Made by a program: the position numbers and the translations under genes
Shown: one piece after another, positions 55,916 to 64,000 of the stretch
Layout: the number at the start of each line of letters is the position of its first letter
How positions within the stretch are numbered: position 1 is the stretch's first letter
Origin: Diplonema japonicum
Lineage: Eukaryota; Protista; Euglenozoa: Diplonemea
Reading direction: 5' to 3'
Length of the DNA stretch: 64,000 nt
Assembly (NCBI GenBank): GCA_964019335.1
Contig: OZ025733.1
Span: 310,001-374,000 of the forward strand
Notes under the pieces: model-generated
Told to the model about the DNA's origin: nothing
Seen by the model: the letters and a program-made list of their open reading frames with translations, nothing else
Database searches by the model: none

Positions 55916-57241
55916 ATGAAAAAAATAAAATGGCTCCCCATAACAGTTCGAGTCAGGAAGAAGATCTCAGAAGAAGCCCTCGCAGCACTTCCTAAAGACC
56001 CCAAAAAACAACTTTCAACAGACGAGGAAAGCGCAGAGTTCTTCCGAAAAGAGTACGGGCAAACAGTGTCGGACACACTGCAGACAGGGGCGAACACGAA
56101 GCGCGACCATCTTCGTCTGGACATCGAGAGCTCCCTGAGAACAATATTGAAGCACCACCCGCAAGCGGTCGGCTCATCAACTCTGTACATCGTCCTCCAC
56201 ATGCTATGTTCCATTAAGGGACCCAAACGAGGCTCACAAATCTTCGCTAAGTGGAGGCTCATGCACCTCCCTGTCGACTCCGCATGCTATTCAGTTCTCA
56301 TGTCCTACCAAAAAGGTGTGAAGGCCGACAAATTCTATCGACAGTCCATCAACGACGGCCTCATCCCTGATGACACCTTTCTCCACGCATACCTAACATC
56401 TCAACGGGGGAAGGGGTTCGACAAAGGATCCAAGATCTACACCAAGATCCTTCAGAAAACCCCGAAAACAGCGTTGCTGCTGCTTCAAACCTCAAGGAAC
56501 AACTCAGAGTTCAACAAAGCCATGGCGAGCACAGGCGTCACCAAACAACAAGTAATGACATCGCCTGCATTGTTAAAAGCCCTGGCAGACTGCGGACGTG
56601 TACAATCGGAAGTTGAGAAAATCATGAATCACTATTCAAAGCTCACCGGCGAGCCCATCGATGTATCATGGTGGGTGCGTGTGCTGATTGCCTCGTACAG
56701 AGAATCTCATGCCGCGTGCTGGAAAAGACATGGATCGTGGAACAGGTTTGAAGGTGCATGGGAGGTCTTGACCTCACGTGGGGGGGAGACTGTCATCCCG
56801 ACAGCTGCCTTTATCTACGCCATGAGGGGCGCAAGCTCAGCTGCTAAGCATTGTGACCCTTCGATGTCGTCAAGTATTCTTCTGTTTGCTGAGAAGGCCC
56901 TTGCTCGTTCTCGGGCTACGTTGCAGCACTGTGATGCTAGGTTGTGGACTGCCATGTTTAGTATATATAAGACGTATTCTCTCCCACATCGGGCACTCCG
57001 GCTTGGGCGCAGGCAGGCTGTGTCCCTTGTGCGTCCTACGAAACAGCTTTTGAAAGCTTTCGTATCTTCGACAGCAGCTCCCGTGAAGGGCGGGTTGCAG
57101 ATGGTGCCTATTCCGCCCATCGCTCCTCGTCGTGAAAAAAAAAGATATAGCGTGCCTTTACACAACGGGCCGCCGCCTTTGGAAGTGGTTCGTGTTGATG
57201 GTAGCATGCTGCCTTGGATTCCAGGGGAGCGGCCTTCTTAG
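55916..57241 (+). CDS. Helical-repeat protein, degenerate PPR-like (possibly organellar RNA-binding)
   Basis: Basic N-terminus; PPR-like PVDSACYSVLMS, LIPDDTFLHAYL and DARLWTAMFSIY. Confidence 0.5.
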   Translation: MKKIKWLPITVRVRKKISEEALAALPKDPKKQLSTDEESAEFFRKEYGQTVSDTLQTGANTKRDHLRLDIESSLRTILKHHPQAVGSSTLYIVLHMLCSIKGPKRGSQIFAKWRLMHLPVDSACYSVLMSYQKGVKADKFYRQSINDGLIPDDTFLHAYLTSQRGKGFDKGSKIYTKILQKTPKTALLLLQTSRNNSEFNKAMASTGVTKQQVMTSPALLKALADCGRVQSEVEKIMNHYSKLTGEPIDVSWWVRVLIASYRESHAACWKRHGSWNRFEGAWEVLTSRGGETVIPTAAFIYAMRGASSAAKHCDPSMSSSILLFAEKALARSRATLQHCDARLWTAMFSIYKTYSLPHRALRLGRRQAVSLVRPTKQLLKAFVSSTAAPVKGGLQMVPIPPIAPRREKKRYSVPLHNGPPPLEVVRVDGSMLPWIPGERPS

Positions 57242-57474
57242 ATACCCTGATGGGTCGTCTCTTTTTTTTTTTGTTTTTTTTTTTTTTTTTGTTTTGTGAT
57301 GCTCTAAAATTGTTAAAATAACACCTCAAGACGACCAGGAAAGAAAAAAAAAAGAGAGAGAAAGAAGGGGGGAAAAGAAAAAAAAAAAAAAAAAAACGAC
57401 CACATGCCCAACATCGGTGTAAACGGTCGGGGATAAAAGAAAAGGAAAAAGAAAGAAGGAAAGAAGAACAAAAC

Positions 57475-59727
57475 ATGGCACATGGTGCCCAATGCATCAT
57501 CGGGGAGAGGGATATTAAACCCGACGGGGAATATAGCTTCATCAATGTGCAAGGTATGACATCTGAGCGCGCTTACGCGTATTGGGCATGTCATAAAGAG
57601 AATAGGAAAGGGAAGTTGGAAGGAGTATGACAACAAGAATTAAAAAAGAAAAAGACCTACAGCCCCGGGCGCTAATTGTACTACGACACTTTATAGTGTT
57701 AATCAAGACGGACAGCGGTGTATTAAGCAGGGCCATCAAAATCGTTGACATCCAAAACCTGTATGTTCTGGAAGACAAGGGACAGTATCGCGTTATCGTG
57801 AAGGTACCCCCCCTCCCCTCCTCCCCCCATTTAAACCTTCCTCAGGTCGGAGCCAAGGAGCCAACGCTAGTTCTGCGGATGGATCACAACTTAAAGAATA
57901 TAGCAGGAACGGAGAAGCGAGATGTATGTAACGTGAGGGGGAAGAAAGAATAAAATGAAAACAAAAAAAAACCCCCTTTTTTTTTTCTTTCCCCAGCCCA
58001 CTTCAGTGCTTCGCGTCATCAACTACTTCAAAGAGATGTACAGTGGGGCAGGTATCAGGTGCTATAACGTTGTTCCTGGTACAGACATCCGAAGCAAGCA
58101 GGACATCTTCGGTGGGTTCACAAAGTCTAGTGGGTACGTCAGCCCACGGGAAAAATTGAAGCAATGGAAGACACAGAAGCACCCTACCCCCGTGCCACGG
58201 CCCCCTGTTCCGGAACCAGAAAAAGTAGATGACCAAGTTGTAGTTGAGGACGCCAACAAGGATGAAGCTGCGGATGTCTTCCCCCCTGTGAACGATGCCG
58301 CGCCTGTCGATGCTGTGCCTGATGCTGCACCTACTGACGCTGAGATGCTTGCCCAGCACGTCAACGACGAGATCCTCCCCATAGAGGAGGAGGTGGACCT
58401 TGGGACTGATGGTATCCCAGGTGATGACGATGAGGATTATGAGGATGATTACTATTACGATTACCCGCCGCCTGTGCACCACAGGCCGCCGCCGCCACCG
58501 CCGCTTGATGAGTCGGCGCTTAAAAGCGAAAAGCCTGTTCAGCGGAATAGCCAGTCATCAGGGGACCCCCCGCATGTGCACCTGCACTTGTTCATGCACA
58601 AGGGTGATCCAAGCGCCGCCTCTGTCGAGCAGAGGCCGCTCGAGATTGACGACAACCTCCCGTCTGTGCATGCTGTGGATCATGAGAAGCCCCCGCCTGC
58701 CTACTCGCTCCCATCCAACCCACCCATCTCACAGCGGCCTCCTTCACAGCCTTCACACCCGCCGCCAAGGATCTCCGTGCCGGTTGCTCTGGGACCTGGT
58801 CCGGGCACACCTGCAGGCTCAGCACCTTGGGGCGAGGAAGTCGAGTTCGAGAAGTTCCCATTGCGCCGCAGCGAAGGGAAGCAGAAGAGCCACGCCACAA
58901 ACCAGAACCGCAGCGGGACAGCGCAGCCGCAAGATGCCAGCGCCTTCAAGGAAGGCTTCATACAAGGCTTCGTGGCTGCTACTGGGGGTGTGCCTCTGGC
59001 GCAGAGCACGCAGAGGCATGACGAGGCATCGATACCGCCCTCCCCAGCACCTGCTCCTGTGTCCGTGCCCATGCGGGCACAGTCGGTGTCCACAAACTAC
59101 TCATCGCCTTCACCATCGCCGTCACGGAGGAGTGTTGTCGTGCAGCCATATGCAGGGATACCTCGCAGGAACCTTCCGGAACCTGGACGGGAAGGGTCGC
59201 TGCCGAGGCAGCTTGCTCAGGAGAGGGTGGAGAGGGCACGGTTTGCGCAGAATAGGGCGCAGCTCACTGCAGACAGGGCAGCACAGGAACAACTGAGGGA
59301 GTCGGAACGCGAGAGGGTGGAGCTGGCGACGAGGCTGCAAGAGGCAGAGAGGCAACTGGGCAACAGGGAGCACAAGGGGAAAGGGGTTTACGAGAGGCAC
59401 GACAGGAGCTCGCGGCGGCGCAAGCATCATCAAACACCAACACGCACCAACAGAGACACCACTGCTTCTGATAGAGAAGCGGCTTTGATGCGGTCTATTC
59501 AAAACGGGCAGGAGGCCGACAGGCGACAGAACCAGGAGCACTCCACAGTGAACTGGGCTGAAACACCTGTTTCGCCGAGAATGGGGCGGGGCAGGTCCAC
59601 AAGGCAGGCAGCAGGCACAGCTGCTACGAGGTCGCCGAGAAGACATAAACCGGAATCTGCAGCGCTTGGTAAAGGCAAGTACTGGAGCTCTTTTATCAAC
59701 GAGTGGGACACGCAGTATAATTACTGA
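57475..59727 (+). CDS. PH-like N-terminal domain plus long Pro-rich disordered tail, 4 exons (57475-57624, 57663-57803, 57846-57923, 57997-59727)
   Basis: Three phase-0 GT-AG introns (38, 42, 73 nt) give KENRKGKLEG|PRALIVLRHFIVLIKTDSGVLSRAIKIVDI, a PH/TH1-like pattern. Confidence 0.65.
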
Positions 59728-60195
59728 AGAAACAGAAGTGGGAAAAAGAAAAAAGAGAAAAAAGATTGTACTTCTTCTCCCCCTCCCCCCATCCCCTTCC
59801 CCTTCCCCTTCCCCTTGTACAACTGTACTTTTTTTTCCCCTTTTCCCCTTTTTCTTGTACGCCCTTCCCACCTACCCACCTTCCTCATTTTTTTTTTTTT
59901 TTTTTTTTGCCGTTTTAACTCAAAAATCTTTACGTTCCGTTCATATTTTCTTTTTTGTTTTAATACTACTTGTTGGGCTGTGCAGAAAAAAAAAAGAAAG
60001 TCTTAGGTGAAACAATCCCCCCTGTGTGCACAAAAAAAAAAAGAGGGAAAAAAAAAAAGAAATGGAACGCCAGATGAGTTGTGAGGCAAGTGAAACAATT
60101 TTTTTTTTTGAAGAAAAAGAATTTATCCGGGCTTTGCTTTCGCACAAATTTAAACCGGTTTTTTTTTGTTTTGTTTTGTTTTTTTTTTTTTTTAA

Positions 60196-60625
60196 CCCAT
60201 AAAGGACCGCTATTTTTGGTCTAAAAAGTCGATTTTGAACTTTTCGTTCAAATACCAAAATAAAATGGCGAGGGTGGAGTTAGAGGGTGTGTACCTATAT
60301 TATTTTCACTACCCCATTTCTGGAGCGCGAAGCGGCCTACATTTCAGCCCCAGACGCGCCCAAACTTTGGTGGTAGAGCAGCATTTGAGAGAAACAACTC
60401 TTGCAAAGGGCACATGCTAATGCTTATGGGGTGTAAAAAAAAAACAATGTCTGTGCCACTATTTTTTTCTCCCCTTGCAGTTTGGATGCAAAAATTTACG
60501 GGCGATATAGCGTTCAGTATAAAAAAAGTCGCGCAATAAGGCCCCTCTTAAAGAGTGGGCATGCAGAGCACTAAAAATGCCTTAGCAGAATTTAAAAAAA
60601 ATTTTTTTAGCTCCGGTCCTATGGG
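60196..60625. mobile_element. Non-autonomous piggyBac-like element (430 bp)
   Basis: TTAA|cccataaaggaccg ... cggtcctatggg|TTAA: TTAA on both sides and CCC...GGG termini with imperfect TIRs. Confidence 0.7.
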
Positions 60626-60744
60626 TTAAATAACAGAAAAGAGAAACAGGAAGAACAAAGGAAAAAAAAGAAGGGAGAAATAGAAAAACCTGTTGGTTCG
60701 GTCCAGTCATTGTCAGAAAGGGGAAAGGAAATATAAGGCGGGGG

Positions 60745-60783
<39 letters not shown>

Positions 60784-61866
60784 ATAAAGAGAACTTCCCC
60801 CCCCTTTTCCCTCTATTTTACTTTTTCTTCTTCTTCCTTTTTTTTTCTCTCTTTTGTTTGCTTTTGTTTCCCCCCTTTTCTTTACCAGCTATTCTGTCGA
60901 TATAAAAAAGGGATGTCAGCACAAAGGAGGGGAAAAGTGTTTTCCCAGTGTGACCTTCTGTGGCCCACAGGGTAGTCCCATAGAAAGATGTAGCTCAACA
61001 TGAGCCCATGGTCCTGGTTAGTGCAGCGCAAGAAACTTTAAGGTTTTTTTAATCAATAAGCTTTTTTTTTAAAACCCCCCCCCCCCCTTGTCATTCTTCC
61101 CTAGGCTAGTAATGATTATTCTACTATGACGCATTAACGCACAAATATCAGCATCAAGGAGGCGAGGTTATTTGGAGACCTCCTCTGGAAGCCCACCGTC
61201 AGAGTCCCCATCGTAATGGGGAAGAAAAAAAAAAGAAAAAAAAACAATTTCTCCTATCTCTGGCTTTTTGTGTCCACTCCCCCCCCCATAAATTTTCCCA
61301 TACTTTTTTTTTCGAAAAAGAAAAAAAAAGAAGAAGAAACATCATTCAGCGAATCAAAAAAAAAGAAAATACAAAATCCGTACCTGAGGGGGGGGGGGGG
61401 GGGGGGGGGTGGAGAGAAGTAACAAAAAAAAAAAAGAAATGGGGCGGAGATTGCGGTATAACTTAAGACAATGCCTTTGTTGCGCAAAAACCCCGCATTT
61501 TTTTACTTGTTTTTTCCAAATAAAAAAAAAAAAAAAAAAAAAAAAGCAACAGGGCGTTTTGGCTAGGTTTAAGGGATTGGGGTGGGGATAACGGGGTAGA
61601 ATCTCCTCTCTTATTCCTTCCCCTCTTCTTCCCTTTTTTTTGTTTTCTTTTTTTTCTTCCTCTTTCCTTTGTCCTCCCCCCCCCCCCCCGTTTCATCCTG
61701 TTCCCCCTTTTCTTTATAAACGCCCCCCTTAGCAAAAAAAAAAATAGCCCCCCCGCACCCTGTACTTATCTAATTTTTATTCTTTTTTATTTGCTAATGT
61801 GAAAGGGATGTATGACGGCAAAAAAAAAAGAACTAAAGCAAAAAAAAAAAAAAAAAAGAAAGAAAA

Positions 61867-62496
61867 ATGACATTGCAGCACAGGCTCGATGGGTGGTGGC
61901 GGGGAAGCCAAGACAAGAGGACTAGCGTGGTGAGTTTTACGGAGTCTACAGACAGTGGTGCGATGAAGTACAGCTTGAGCGTGTTTAACAATGAGAGCAT
62001 AGACGAGAACAGAGGCACAAGGGAGGTGTACAGCGAAGCTGGCTACCTGAAAGGGGACCAGCTTTCCATCGCAACGTCTGATGGATTAGCGCAGGTTATG
62101 AAGTGCAAGAGGTACTTGGGGGTTGGGTAAAAAAAAAAAAATAATTCTTTATGACTATATGTCTTTGTTGTTCGCACGAGCAAAAAAGATTTTTAAAAAG
62201 CTGCGAAAGTTTTTTGCTCGGCACAAGTTGCATATAGTTATAAAATCATTTTTTGAAAGATAAATATTTGTAACAAAAAAAAAAAAAAAAAAAAAAAAAT
62301 CCAGCACATGGGGTCGAGATGAAGGATCACTGATGTGTTCCGAAGGCGAAACGAGCCGACAGTTTTTGGTGTCGAAATACAGCATGCAGGTAAAATAATT
62401 ACAAAAAAAAAAAAAGAAATACAGTTTATCACACAACCAAACGGTCAGTCCCCTGTCAGCCTTAACAAGGATAACGTGAGTTGGAAGAATCTGTAA
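61867..62496 (+). CDS. Nitrobindin/THAP4-like beta-barrel protein, divergent (exons 61867-62111, 62305-62389, 62425-62496)
   Basis: LDGWWRG, VYSEAGYLK...SIATSDGLAQV and ETSRQFLV resemble DUF1794 motifs; introns of 193 and 35 nt restore the frame. Confidence 0.5.
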
Positions 62497-62567
62497 GCCC
62501 CCCTTTTTTTTTTGTGCGAAGAAAATTATAAGAGCCGAAAAAAAAGAAAAAAAGGGAACAAAAAAAA

Positions 62568-63215
62568 ATGGATTTTAACATCCGAGTAGTTTTCAAGATA
62601 CTCATTGCCATAGGTGCTGTGACAGGTGTGGCAGGGTGTGTTCTGGTAGCAGTCGGGAGTGGTGGCTCGGAGACGGAAGCACCGCAGCCGTCCTATGTTC
62701 TGCTGGGAATAGGTTTGGTGATGTGTCTCGTGAGCAGCTGTTGCTATACAGCGTCATTTAAGAACGGGAACGGGAACGGGGACGGGGGGAGAAGACGGAG
62801 TGGAATTTCCCGGAAAGCTTCTGTGGCGTCCTTGGCTGTCCCGGAGAAGGGGTTTGCGAACCCCTTGCTAGATAACAAGGAAGCTACGGAAGTGTCCGAG
62901 TCTGAAAGGGCATTTAGCTGTGCAGAGGATACAGATACGTTGGACCTTCACCTCGCAGAGGGGTCCGAGCCGCCTTCGCCGTCGCCGCTTGCTCCTATAA
63001 CTTCGTTCCTTGCCTTCCCTCCGCCGCCTGTTAAAAAGTCTTCCACTCCAAACCCTTCTTCACTGCAGCCTTTGGGCGTCTTTGACCCAGCTTCCAGGCG
63101 TTCACGTGGACGCGGAGCAAGGCGGTCGACCCTTCCCCTCACTAAGGGTGTCGTCTACCAGCACCCCGAGCCTGCCCACTTTGCTGTTACAAAAAATGGC
63201 GACATTGCTCTGTAG
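62568..63215 (+). CDS. Two-TM membrane protein with disordered tail
   Basis: Two hydrophobic segments (ILIAIGAVTGVAGCVLVAV, YVLLGIGLVMCLVSSCC). Confidence 0.65.
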   Translation: MDFNIRVVFKILIAIGAVTGVAGCVLVAVGSGGSETEAPQPSYVLLGIGLVMCLVSSCCYTASFKNGNGNGDGGRRRSGISRKASVASLAVPEKGFANPLLDNKEATEVSESERAFSCAEDTDTLDLHLAEGSEPPSPSPLAPITSFLAFPPPPVKKSSTPNPSSLQPLGVFDPASRRSRGRGARRSTLPLTKGVVYQHPEPAHFAVTKNGDIAL

Positions 63216-63408
63216 AAAAAAAAAAAAAAAAAAATTAGATATTGTTTGGAAACTTTTTTGTTAGAAAAAAAAAAAAAAAAAGGAAAAATTCTCATATTTT
63301 TGTTATTGTAATAATATCCTGTCCTTCTCCCCCCCCCCTTTTTATTTTCTCAACCCTCTTTTTTCTTCTTCTTTCCCTTGTTATCTATTTTTTTTTTTAA
63401 AGAGAAGC

Positions 63409-64000
63409 ATGACGGCGAATGGGTGCTATAAGAAGCTGACGGCACACGATGTGCAGTTGATCCTGTCGGGGTTGAACACCAGCAGGTCTTTGGAGAGGAA
63501 CGAGAGTGACGAAGAGGACGGCGAAGCCAAGGGGCTGAGCACGAGCGAGATACAGGATCTCGCAGCCGACCTGAAGGCTTTGAAGAACACGGAAGGCGTG
63601 GCCGAGATGCGAAAGATCGTGCCAAGGCTGATGGCACTGGAGCACTCCGACAACGAAAGCGACGCGGAAGAAGCAGAGGAGTTCAAGAAAACCGCCGAAA
63701 CAAGCATAACAAAACCGGATTTTCTAACACCAACAGCGGTGGAAGACGTGTTCTCTGGCCTCAGCACACTAGGAAGAGATGTTCATGTCCAGAAGGATAC
63801 AGCTTGCGAAGAAAGTGTCTTCAAAATAGGCGGGGTCCCCATTACAATGCAAGAACCATTCGTGTCCAGACTTGCAGAACTCATCAACACGCAAAAACAT
63901 GAATCCAGCGAGACATTAATGCAAATCGAAGAGGAGCTCAGCTACGAGCAATGGGCCGCTGAACGGCACACGCGCTTCGCTGTATTGAACCCCAACAAAT
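63409..64000 (+). CDS. Hypothetical acidic protein, 3'-truncated by the window edge
   Basis: ATG at 63409, open to the end of the window (MTANGCYKKLTAHDVQLILSG...). Confidence 0.65.
   Translation, partial: MTANGCYKKLTAHDVQLILSGLNTSRSLERNESDEEDGEAKGLSTSEIQDLAADLKALKNTEGVAEMRKIVPRLMALEHSDNESDAEEAEEFKKTAETSITKPDFLTPTAVEDVFSGLSTLGRDVHVQKDTACEESVFKIGGVPITMQEPFVSRLAELINTQKHESSETLMQIEEELSYEQWAAERHTRFAVLNPNK

Noticed and set aside
11205-59871. Long minus-strand ORFs (e.g. 11205-12260, 35993-36952, 49279-50274)
   Set aside because: Antisense shadows of GC-rich + strand coding sequence with no recognisable motifs.
62328-62356. Hammerhead-like ctgatgtg...cgaaac
   Set aside because: The core deviates from CUGANGA, stem III is not supported, and the sequence reads as exon 2 of the nitrobindin-like gene.

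Overview
Eukaryotic nuclear DNA, most likely from a euglenozoan and probably a diplonemid (inference). Three things point that way. About 26 protein-coding genes all lie on the + strand, as in a polycistronic unit. The PKA regulatory subunit is of the trypanosomatid LRR/nucleoside-binding type. Several genes carry short GT-AG cis-introns, mostly with a GTATG donor. Non-coding DNA is saturated with long A, T, C and G homopolymers, and most introns are 35-73 nt, the majority filled with poly(A) rather than a polypyrimidine tract. Recognisable genes: divergent histone H2B, HPAT/SERGT-like glycosyltransferase, PKA-R, twin-CX9C protein, a tandem pair of SAM-NYN-CCCH RNase-like genes plus a relic, a 3372-aa NADAR-ankyrin-polycystin-2-type channel, DPH2, a two-domain PDI, a Qa-syntaxin, a PqiA-domain membrane protein, a PPR-like protein and a nitrobindin-like protein. 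Mobile or repeated DNA includes a decayed OTU-bearing LINE-like element, a TTAA-flanked piggyBac-like MITE, two other inverted-repeat elements and a dispersed hairpin element with compensatory changes. The best candidates for novelty are the NADAR-channel fusion, the apparent active/pseudo-nuclease SAM-NYN-CCCH pair and the poly(A) micro-intron system. All domain calls are by-eye motif recognition; no searches were run. Homopolymer lengths, and hence intron lengths, may contain assembly error.
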